64,000 nt of DNA from Octopus vulgaris (taxonomy: Eukaryota). The DNA lies in the NCBI GenBank assembly GCA_951406725.2, contig OX597822.1, positions 21,328,001 through 21,392,000 on the forward strand. The letters are read 5' to 3'. Each line of letters starts with the position of its first letter. Positions within the stretch are counted from its first letter, which is position 1. Made by a program: the position numbers and the translations under genes. Below the pieces are notes generated by a model, which was not told the origin of the DNA, made no database searches, and saw nothing but the letters and a program-made list of their open reading frames with translations. Of this stretch, positions 1 through 10,781 are shown in pieces.

Positions 1-120
1 ATACATACATACACACACATACACACACACATACATACACACACACATACATACATACACACATACATACATACATACATATACATACATACATACACAC
101 ACACACATACACACACACAC
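1..120. repeat. (CATA)n/(CA)n compound microsatellite
   Basis: Directly visible tandem CATA and CA units. Confidence 0.95.
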
Positions 121-304
121 AGTATTGAAGCTTGAGAACAATCAGATGCATTTGCAACACATCTGTTGAAAATATTATTGTTCACACACATACATATACA
201 TATATACAGACAGACAGACAGACAGATAGACACACACACACACACACACATGATCCAGCATGGCCACAACCTCAAGGCTGAAACATATAAAAGAATAACA
301 GAAT

Positions 305-670
305 ATAAATGTGTGCAAAGTACAAGAAATATTAATGCAGTATATGGGGATTGGACAATAAGCATAAGGCAGTGTCAATGGTGGTTCCAGAAATCCCGAG
401 CCATAAACTACAGCCTAGAAGACGAGCCTCATCCTGAAAGATCTGTAGAACTCGACAAGGACATCCTGAAAACCCTGGTGGAACAAAATATCATCGTAAC
501 TGTTGAGGAACTAGCAGAGAAGCTTGGATTTGGTCATTCAACCATTCATTGACACCTGTGTGCTATCGGAAAAGTCAGCAAATTGGGTCAATGGGTTCCT
601 CACGAACTTTCCGAGTCTAATTGCATGCAGAGAGTGAATGTATGCTTTTCTTTGCTGTCATATCTCACCA
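305..670 (+). mobile_element. Mariner (Mos1/SETMAR-like) transposase N-terminal fragment, disabled
   Basis: Translation STRNINAVYG...QCQWWFQK...SLEDEPHPERSVELD...VTVEELAEKLGFGHSTIH*HL..IGKVSKLGQWVPHELS matches the mariner bipartite HTH and WVPHEL linker; in-frame stop at 550-552. Confidence 0.9.
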
Positions 671-687
671 CTACTGCGCTATGTATA

Positions 688-1323
688 TCTATATATATAA
701 AACTGTAGTTGTGTGAGTGTCTGTCCCCTTCGATTTAGATTCCTAACTACTCCCACATTTTGCGGTACAGTTTAACCAAATTCGGGTAGCTTATAGTCGT
801 GATTCATATCGAGTCCGTCTGAATATTAGCGCGCGTCTACGATGAGTCTACGATTTTAAAAATAATTTAACATCATTTTTTATTCCATTTTAATGCATAA
901 TTTTTCGTGTGTCGATGGCGGCGGAGTTGGCGTCCACGCTCACACCTGCACCTGTGGGGAAGGGAGTGTAAGGAAATCAACGTCGTAATGCGTTGTCAAG
1001 GAGACCAGTGTTCTTTTAGAACAACGACTTCATGGCTTGAAGACACCAAAACAGAAATGGCTAAGAAAGCGTCTACATGAGTCTACGATTTAAAAAAAAA
1101 TTTACCATCGTTTTTTTCCCATTTTAATGCATTTTTCGCTATTATATAAGGGAAGTAACTCTCTAAAAATGTCTACGATGAGTCAACGATTTAAAAAAAA
1201 ATTTACCATCATATTTTTTCCATTTTTAATGCATTTTTTGCTATTTTTTGTCTATAACTCTCTAAAAATGCTTATATAGTTATTTCCCTTACAAACCCGA
1301 GCAACGCCGGGCGATACTGCTAG
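688..1323 (+). mobile_element. Non-autonomous Helitron-like element
   Basis: A|TC 5' end (688), CTAG|T 3' end (1320-1323), subterminal GC hairpin CCCGAGCAACGCCGGG (1296-1311), no TSD; three internal ~60-bp subrepeats (GTCTACGATGAGTCTACGATTT...); a related copy lies at 56257-56634. Confidence 0.85.
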
Positions 1324-1689
1324 TTGTTAATATAAGTGAGAATACGATATTCTATTATTTACTGATGCTGTTTTCTGTTATTTGGAGTATGTTCCTTAAA
1401 CACTGATAATTAACGACAGTAATGCATTGGCAGAATATTTAAGTTAAAGTGTGTGTTTTCATATTCAGACATTAGGACACAAAATATCATACATGAAGCT
1501 GCATTATCTTTGATTTCACAGGTATCATTTTATTGATGTATATTTTAAACTTTATCTATCCTTCTCTCTCAATATGTCTCTACATCTAAGTTAATGATCT
1601 TCCTATCATTTATATCTCAATCTCTTCCATTGTTTTTCCCATTTATTTCTCTCTTAGTTAGACACTCAAATAGAGAGTATTTGTTTATA

Positions 1690-1960
1690 AAATTGGCTGG
1701 CTACTTGCAAATCAAATCAAGTGGCTACCTATCTATCAGATCGATTGGCTACCCAGCTATCAGATTGACTGGGCACCAGTTGGCCAAACTGATTGGCCAC
1801 CAGTCGACCTGATTGAATGGCCACATGTTGACCAGATCGAATGGCCACCTGTGGACCAGATCAACTGGCCACCGGTTGACCAGTGAGTAGCCACCTGTTG
1901 ACCAGAGTGACTGGCGTACCTGTTGACCAAATCAACTAGCTACTTGTCTATGAAGCTATC
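1690..1960. repeat. Degenerate 24-bp minisatellite (consensus approx. ATGGCCACCTGTTGACCAGATCGA)
   Basis: About 10 diverged tandem units; also visible as an 8-aa periodicity in ORF 1594-1812. Confidence 0.8.
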
Positions 1961-3892
1961 TGGCCATCTGCCTTTCAGACTATCTGGCTATATGTTTATC
2001 AGTCTGTCTGACTATCTGATTTTCTGTTTCTTGTAGCCCCTCTATCATATTCTACAGATGCCATTTACAGAAACCATTAAAACTATCCACTTATATTTCT
2101 ATATAGTAAGATAATTTTATATGTAGCCTGTAAAAGGAGTGCAAGTATCAACTTTGGAGCCATTTAATGAAGCCGAAGACTAAGGGGAAAACAAACAATT
2201 TCTGGTGCTAGTTTGTGATGCCATTATCATGCATCATGGGAAAAAATTCTCTTAGAAGGTTGTAGTATTATATCTTATCCAATTGTTTTCTTTCCCAAAT
2301 TCTCTTGTGTTTTTAGAATCCTTTTTCTAATGATAAACATCTAATTTTAAGAGACTTCATTTTTATCTTCTATTTGTAAGTTATTCCTTTAGTAATTTCA
2401 TATTTGTGTATAGATTAAGGTGTGTGTGTGTGTGTGCATTTGTCTGTGTGTTACTCATGCATGTAGAAGAATAGAGAGTAATTCAGAAGCATTGTCAAGT
2501 TGCTCTAGTGCAGAGTATAAACTCCTAGCTAGCTATGATCAAAATGTGGTTTTGATTCCCGTATTACTTTATGTGTTGATCTATCTGAATCCCCTGTGAA
2601 AGGCAGACTATTTTAAACACTCAATTCTTATCCATAATAGATATGGAGATTATTTTTTCTTTATCAATGAAGAATCAATTCTGTGACCCAAGGAGGACCA
2701 AAATAGTAAGACAGTTTAAAAAACCAAAAAAAAAAAAAAAAAACCCAACCATTTTGGACTAAAATATCCATGATACAGTTTTATTTGTATGTTGGGATTC
2801 CTTCACTAACATGAAATTGTTTTTCTGAAAAACCATGAACTTCTCACTTCCCATTTAATATCTATATCTTCATAAATGATTCTTTCCACAGTCTTACCAA
2901 AAGTATCTTTTGGATACTAAAAGATATTTCATTTTTTTATAGATATGGATTTGTTGAAATGCCATAGAGTTCCTTTGAAATTTGATTCCTCCAGGGTTAA
3001 TCCTTGCAATGTTTGGTGAATTCTTTGTAAGGAAGTTGAAGGAAAAAATTATTGATGTGTTCTGCTAAATAGGTGGTATAATATGTGCTGGAAGTAGATG
3101 TATCATAAGCATAATGCTAAGGGCTCGGGGGCATGAGAAAAGGTTCAGACAAATGCTATCTTTGTTGGAAATCTATTTGAGAGGGTATGTAACATGTGTA
3201 ATATTGTATGGTTGGAAGGAATGAGAGTTGAATATATCACATGGAATATGCTGTATTTACTTGAGAGAAAATTTGAGTGCAAAAAGATTGGGAAAGTAAA
3301 CTGCATTTCAAAATCATTGGCCTGTGTACTTAGGTGAGACATTTAAAGGAAATTAAAACAAGATGTTGAGTGATACTTTGCAATGGACAGAAAATAATTA
3401 GGCTAGATATGAGAATAGTAAACCTTACAGATGAACTAAGACTGAAAAGGAAAAATCGTGCAGGGTCACCTGATTTGTGCATTTTGTAATGAGGAACAAT
3501 GCCTAATGAGAAACTGATTGCATGGACTCAAACACTGGTTGGAGGAAAGGTAAAAGGAATTCTCAAACAAGTAATGTAACCTCAGTGTTCTGCTTAAATG
3601 AATATTAAAGCAGTGTTTATGAAGATGATTATAGCTGTACATTCTATTTTTTTTTCTGAGCCTGGACACTCATGATGAGTATGGAAATACACTCTCAGCA
3701 ATCATCTCATCATATTTCTTAGATATCAAGGCTCTGATAAAGCTACAAGGTGTTATTCAGTCACTTAGCTATGAGAAAATTGCATCCTATAGCAGAAACA
3801 GATGTAAACTAACAAAGTTCATAAGACAATCTGTTATGCCTTTGCCATCTCACATTTGATTCTAATTTATATATATATATATGTATATATAT

Positions 3893-4176
3893 TGCCAGTG
3901 CTGACTGAGTGGTTCCCATGCAGGTGGCATGTAAAAAGCAACATTCAAGCATGGCCAATGCCAGTACTATCTGACTGGCCCTTGTGCCAGTGGCAAGTAA
4001 AAACCACTCACTATATTCTCGGAGTGGTTGGCATTAGGAAGGACATCAAGCAGTAGAAACATTGCCAGATCGGACTGGAGCCTGGTGGAGCCTTCTGGCT
4101 TGCCAGCCCTCAGTCAAAAGGTACAAACCATGCCAGTATGGAAAGCGGATGTTAAACAGTGATGATGATGATGATG

Positions 4177-4177
<1 letters not shown>
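3893..4177 (+). mobile_element. 5'-truncated RTE-LINE 3' UTR with (GAT)n tail
   Basis: GGAGTGGTTGGCATTAGGAAGG...CATGCCAGTATGGAAAGCGGATGTTAAAC-(GAT)n; homologous to the UTR attached to the RTE ORF at 55173-56236. Confidence 0.85.
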
Positions 4178-4218
<41 letters not shown>

Positions 4219-4652
4219 TTAATCATATCGAAGGGAAATGGAAATTAATAGAAATTTTCACTTCCAGTTGCCTAGTGTGTAAAAATTTAGTCCAAAGACT
4301 ATGTATTACCCATAAAATACAGTGTACATTTAAACACATAAGGAATCCACTCGTGGGATTCAGCACGCTAAAAATAACAGCTTGGTGGTATTACCACAAA
4401 ATTAGGGATAAAATTCGACAGGAACGATATGAAAAAATAAAAACTTTTACCATCTGGGTTCCTGGACCAATTGGTTTCTGATTTTAGTATAGCAAATAAA
4501 TAATATTCGCTAGGTGAAATCTTCTTCAACAGGTGCACCTTAGATTAAATATATAAAAAAACACAAGGCAATCAACTGTGTGCCTCTTGTTTATACATCC
4601 TAATTTTTTCAAAATCTACTGCACATTGCATGTATGTATATCTATATATATG

Positions 4653-5095
4653 TCGTGAAGTATATTTTGCCACTTAAATGTGACTAACTCTTCAGGGTGG
4701 ATGCCTCTGTAGTTTGTAGCCCCAAGAAAACACCTCCTCCAGCTGGTTATTGACACACATTCTGTGCCCTATCAGTATTTACAAAGGGAAGCCATCCTTC
4801 CCATCTCCAAACTGATATGATACACACGGACCGGAGTTTCTGGGTATTGACCTGTCATCAGCCACATTACAGTGGCAAATATACTTCACGATGTCATGCA
4901 GCTACTGTTTATACGTCACTCAGAGATTTATTATTGCTTGTTTACACTTTTTCGAGATCAGTTAGTTAAGGGTGTGAATGCTACGGTAGCTTGTAGTCCC
5001 AAGAAGACACCTCCTCCAGCTGGCTATTGACACACTTTCAGTATTTGCAAAGGGAAGCCATACTTCCCATCTCCAACCTGACCTCCATTGATGGT
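4653..5095 (-). mobile_element. Penelope-like pseudo-LTR region (partial tandem repeat, inverted segment and degenerate hammerhead)
   Basis: Direct repeat ~4694-4810 vs ~4970-5077; 32-bp inverted repeat 4653-4685 vs 4860-4891; minus-strand CTGATGA...GAAAC...GTC at ~4828-4861; adjacent to a PLE RT on the same strand. Confidence 0.7.
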
Positions 5096-5150
5096 TGGGA
5101 ACTGTTTTGCCATTTCAAAAAGTATATATATATATATATATATGTATACA

Positions 5151-5720
5151 GACTAAATCAGCTACTTGTGCTGAATCAGAACTTCCCATTGTAACATCAA
5201 AACTACCGGGTGTGTCTTTATGGATCCACATCTTATTGTCAAACTTTATGATAGATATTCTGGCGGCCAACACAACATTAATTTCTTCCCTGGTGAGACC
5301 AGCATTGTTATGAGCAACCCAAAGTGCCTTATTAAGTACTATTGGGTTGATGGAGGAATAAAAACTAGAAATGTCAAACTGTATAAGCTTAGTGCTCCTC
5401 TTATTAGTAACAGAACTAAACCAGTCGATGACTTGGAATGAATTGGACCATAAAGTAAGCTTTAATTTTTTAATTAAGGTAGGAATGTATTTATCTAGAA
5501 TACTTTTACGAAGTACACCAATGTCAGAGATAAAGGAAAGATAAGTCTTAAGGATGGGTTATTAAAAATATTTTGGTTATGATCTTTCAAAATAAAGCGA
5601 GGTTGCTTAGGATCAAGTGGTTCTGTCTTCATCTGTAAGTTTTACCTCTCCATAATTTTCTTAGCCTCAAGGTTGGCTTTCTTGAGTACACTTTTATCGG
5701 TAATCCTTATGAGAGGCAAA
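5151..5720 (-). mobile_element. Penelope-like element reverse transcriptase relic
   Basis: Minus-strand translation gives PRFILKDH...ILDKYIPTLIKKLKLTLWSNSFQVIDWF...KLIQFDISSFYSSINP...FDVTMGSSDSAQVADLV, i.e. PLE RT motifs (FDI..FY.SI and MGS); frameshifted and truncated at a (TA)n run. Confidence 0.85.
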
Positions 5721-6149
5721 TTAAATCTAATCTTCCTTTGCAATTTTGGGAAGCTATTATTAGGAATTTTTCAAAGAATTCTAACTAATAATCTATTATC
5801 AATTCTTCTTACAAGACTTTAGGGTTTTATTTAATTTGCATATCATTCTATACTTCTTATTTATTTGGTTTCTGATTTTTTCTTTCCTTTACCCCTCCTC
5901 TTTCTATAGGCTATCTTTGACGTTATGTCCTCTAACGTTTTTTAGAAAAAACTTAATAGCGTTCAGGGGATCACTTTACATATCCATCATATTCTGTTAA
6001 AATGTCTTCTTGACAGGTTTTATTTCTTCATTTCCATGAAGAGAAGATTACATTGTTTTACACCATTTTATTCCTTTGGATTAATACCAATGATATCTTC
6101 GAAACATGTGTCGGAAGTAAAAGAATTTGAATAACACCTGCAGTTAACT

Positions 6150-6151
6150 CC

Positions 6152-6221
<70 letters not shown>

Positions 6222-6391
6222 TTATATTTATTTATATATGTATATATATATATATGTAATCATATATATATTTATATATATGTAATCATATTTATATATA
6301 TTCATATTTAGATATATATGTAATCATATTTATGTATATATAATTGATCATCATCATCATTTAACGTCTGTTTTCCATGCTAATATATATG

Positions 6392-6424
<33 letters not shown>

Positions 6425-6830
6425 GTAATTATTTATATATATAATCATATGTATACATGTATGTATATAAACATAAATGTAATTATGCATATATATATAT
6501 ATAAATATATATACATATATAAATAAAAATAATTTTATATATATATATATATGTATAATTATTTTTATGTTTATATACATACATGTATACATATAATTAT
6601 ATATATATAATTATATATATATATAAATAATTATATATATATATTAGCATGGAAAACGGATGTTAAACAATGATGATGATGATGATGAATTATATGCTAG
6701 CACATAAATATGCAAGATATGTACATTCAGATGCACACACAAACATACATATATACATATGCATACACACACATATATACATACATATGCAAACACACAC
6801 ATACGTACAATGACCCACACACATGCGCAA
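6150..6830. repeat. TA/GA-rich compound low-complexity block with two RTE tail fragments
   Basis: (TA)n, (GA)n and repeated ATGTAATTATAT-like units; RTE tails at 6347-6382 (-) and 6645-6687 (+). Confidence 0.85.
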
Positions 6831-7096
6831 AAACAAACAAAAGGGAATGGTGTGTAAATAACGGACACAGTCAAAACTATTGAAAAGTTTGCAAGATGCA
6901 ATGAAAATTTTAGGACAATAAAAATAAAAAAGTGGAAATTTTAGCAGTGAATGTCTTACACAATTAGGCACAAAAAGAAAATGACTCTCCCCAGATACAA
7001 TAGAATATGCTTCAACACACGAACTCATATAAAGAATCTTGCAAACCAAATCCCAAAACGAAATATTTATATATATATATAATTATATAGAGTAGA

Positions 7097-7305
7097 GGCG
7101 CAATGGCCTAGTGGTTAGGGCAGCGGACTCGCGGTCGCAGGATCGCGGTTTCGATTCTCAGACCGGGCGTTGTGTGTGTTTATTGAGCGAAAACACCTAA
7201 AAGCTCTACGAGGCTCCGGCAGGGAGTGGTGATCTCTGCTGTACTCTTTCACCACAATGGCGGTGCCCCAGCATGGCCACAGCTCAAGAGCTGAAACTGG
7301 AAAAC
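7097..7305 (+). mobile_element. tRNA-derived SINE (tRNA-Arg-like head)
   Basis: GGCGCAATGGCCTAGTGGTTAGGGCAGCGGACTCG...GGTTTCGATTC with Pol III A and B boxes; 3' tail shared with the SINE family at 63063. Confidence 0.8.
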
Positions 7306-7497
7306 AAAAAAAAATATATATATATATATATGTATAATTATATTTATGTTTATATACATACAAGTATACAAATAATTATATATATATATACATACGTGTA
7401 TACATATTATTATATATATATGTAATTATATTTATAAATATATACATACATGTATACATATAATTATATATATATATGCATATATATATGTAATTAT

Positions 7498-7528
<31 letters not shown>

Positions 7529-7707
7529 GATACATATAATTATATATATATGCTTATAAATATGTAATTATATTTATATATGTATATATATACATATATA
7601 CATATGTATATATATATATATGTAATTGTATTTATATATATATACATATATAGATATGCATATATATATGTATTAATATTAATATATATATATATAATTA
7701 TATGCAT

Positions 7708-8057
7708 ATATTGTTATATTTCGGAATGGTCATTTTGCCAGTTTAGCCAATAAAAACACACGCACTATATATTTGGTGTTACTTTGCTTCAGTGTTATTT
7801 ATTTTTTACATTAATCTTAATCTTATTTCGCCCAGAGTTCTTTCGTCACACTCCTGTGACCGCATCAGTGGTCCTTTGTTTTCTTCTTACTTATTTGTGT
7901 CTCTCCTTACTAACCATGACGAAAGAACTCTGGCCGAAATAAGATTAAGATTAATGTAAAAAATAAATAACACTGAAGCAAAGTAACACCAAATATACAG
8001 TGCATGTGTTTTTATTGGCTAAACTGGCAAAATGACCATTCCGAAATATAACAATAT
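7708..8057. repeat. 141-bp inverted repeat (PLE-type foldback) with a hammerhead-like motif
   Basis: 7708-7848 is the near-perfect reverse complement of 7917-8057; hammerhead-like motif at 7830-7873 (-). Confidence 0.9.
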
Positions 8058-9109
8058 CTGTTTCAACACACAACTTCACATAAAAAATCTTGCACAACAA
8101 ATATTTAAACGTACTATATGCATATATAATTATATATATCTATATATATATGTATATTTATATATATATATATTTTGTGATTTGGCTCATTCATCTCAAA
8201 GTATTGGATTTCACAGATTGGTTTAAATTGTCAAAAAATAAAGCCTCTGTATTATAACTCTGGTTGTCAAGCACTTGAGACGACAAACATAGACTCAAAG
8301 CCACAGAGACACAGATGGTCTTCTTTTAGTTTTCCTCATAGAAATCTACTCACAAGTCTTTTGCCAACCCAAGGCTATAATAAAAGACCCTTGTCCAAGT
8401 TGTCATGCAATGTACTTGTTTTAGCTGCTTTTTCTGCCCTTCTGGGGTTTCTTGGATTTTCATCTTATCTGTGTATATTTACATGTGATCTAGGTATATG
8501 AATCATTATATTAAAGGGGTCAAATGAGAGAGAGGGAAAGAGAGAGAGCAAGAGAGATGGAAAGTCAGTCTCCGCCCACATTTCTGTCAGCTTTCCTATG
8601 AATTTAATAATTATTTCATGCACTTTCCTCTGATTATTTTAGAGATAAAAACGTTCTGAATTATTAACGAAGTATAGCATTTCTATTTTCCCATCATTCT
8701 ATCCCAGGGGATACTTCCTGCTGATTGGTTTCAAAGTGAAATTGTGCCCCCTATTATGTTGGTGCACTCTACAACCTTTTTACCTTTTGGTAGGCTTCGA
8801 TATTGTCGATAAGATCTGATTGCATAAATTTTTAGTTCAATTTTTCACTGTTTCAAAACCTTTTCCTTCATTTTTGAGATATCATATGGCATGCATATGT
8901 ATATGCACAGGCATACACACATGCACACACAAATGTTTTTTAATATAATATAAATGTACTTTCTACGTATGCAGTATATAAACTGCTTGAAATAATAATT
9001 ATTAGAATAACATTATTGTGTGTTCATACTTGACTAAGAATGCAGCTTCTTAGCAAACTGCCAATGACATAGTAATGACCAATAGACACACCACATATAC
9101 GTGTGTGTG

Positions 9110-9142
<33 letters not shown>

Positions 9143-9204
9143 ATGTGTGCATACGTATGTATATGTGTATAGGTGTATGTGTGTGTGTATATATATATAT
9201 ATAT

Positions 9205-9460
9205 GTGGCACATAAAAAACACCATCTGAAAGTGGATGTTGCCAGCCTCCTGGCTCCTGTGCTGGTGGCATGTAAAAAGCACCCACTACACTCATGGAGT
9301 GGTTGGCGTTAGGAAGGGTATCCAGCTGTAGAAACACTGCCAGATCAGACTGGAGCCTGGTGCAGCCTCCTGGCTTCCCAGACCCCGGTCGAACCGTCCA
9401 ACCCATGCTAGCATGGAGAACAGACGTTAAACGCTGATGATAATGGTGGTGAGGATGATG
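9205..9460 (+). mobile_element. RTE-LINE 3' UTR fragment
   Basis: GGTGGCATGTAAAAAGCACC subrepeat, GGAGTGGTTGGCGTTAGGAAGGG, CATGCTAGCATGG and (GAT)n tail. Confidence 0.85.
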
Positions 9461-9508
<48 letters not shown>

Positions 9509-9590
9509 CAAAGTGAAATTGTAAGGTACCGCCCAAGGGGAAATATATATGAAAGAAGGTTTGAAAATGCAATTTTAAAGATGTTTATTC

Positions 9591-9632
9591 ACTTGACCAG
9601 TTTCACTTTTTTAGAAAAAGATTGTCAAAAGT
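9591..9632 (-). ncRNA. Minimal type-I hammerhead ribozyme motif, U3:A8 core variant
   Basis: Minus strand reads ACTT-TTGACAA-TCTTTTTCTAAAAAAGT-GAAAC-TG-GTC-AAGT, followed by AATAAA; stem I ACTT/AAGT, stem II CTTTT/AAAAG, GUC cleavage triplet. Confidence 0.6.
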
Positions 9633-10119
9633 AAAATGTAAAGCTTTGTAAAAGTTTTGTTGTGTTAAGTACTGCTTGTCACAAAAGTATTAAAATACAT
9701 ATATACATTCTTTGATGATAATAAGAAAATGTTAAAAACAGTTTACAATGAAATATCTTGAGAAAATATTAAACAAAAATTTCAAAAAAATATATTAGGA
9801 TTTCATTAAAAATCATGTTTGTTTGGAAGTATCTATATATATACACAGAAAGGTATTAGTTCAAAAACAGTCATATTTGGTAGTATATATATACACACAG
9901 AAGGAGATATATATTTAGGAGTTTACAAAGAATTTCAGATGAACTTACCTGTTTTAGCATTTGGCCTCATTATACTGGAACATTGTATGCAATGAACATG
10001 TAGGCCTATATAGGCTGCACGTCTCCAGGATAAATAATGTGATCTTATATCCTTTCATGACTCTGTTTCAGTGAGTGTTCAAAAGAGTCCCATTTTGTAC
10101 ACATGACTGATTGTTTGTG

Positions 10120-10575
10120 AGCTGAGTAGTTAAGAAGTTTGCTTCCCAACCACATGATTTTGGGTTCAGTTCCATTGTGTTGAATCTTGGGCAAGTGTCT
10201 TCCACTATAGCTGCCTCAGGTTCCACAAAGCATTGTCAGTAGATTTGAAAGACAAAAACTGAAAGAAGGTGTGTGTGTATACATGTATGTTTGTGACTGA
10301 CTGTATGTGTGCATATATGTGTGTGTGTTGTGTGTGTGTGTTACTCAACATTTATGTGATAGTATTAAATGCACATCACTATCATACAAGCAGTATTCTT
10401 CATTTCTAACCTACCATGTCTGGTCATGGTGAAATATTACCTTACCTGAAAAGGCCGTGAGGGGTGGTGACAAGAAGGGTGTCCAGTCTTAGAGAATCTG
10501 CCTCAACAAATTCCATCTGACCTTTGTGAGCATGGAAAAATGGATGGTAGAATGACGACGACGATGATGATGATG
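10120..10575 (+). mobile_element. Diverged tRNA-derived SINE with internal (TG)n and RTE-type (GAT)n tail
   Basis: AAGAAGTTTGCTTCCCAACCACATG...GGTTCAGTTCC...GGGCAAGTGTCTTC head; CATGGAAAA...(GAC/GAT)n tail. Confidence 0.75.
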
Positions 10576-10736
10576 TACTAGAATTTGTATCTTAATAATG
10601 ATGGCTGATGTAACTGATTTTGAATGCCGCAGGGTGAAATTCACTAAAAGGGAAAGTCTTAGTTTGGTGTTGGAATACATCAATCAAAGGATAGATAGTT
10701 AGTGTGTAAGTGTGTGCATGGTAGAGAAAGAGAGAT

Positions 10737-10781
<45 letters not shown>

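Noticed and set aside
7097-7170. tRNA-Arg gene
   Set aside because: The acceptor stem does not close and the sequence continues into a SINE body and tail
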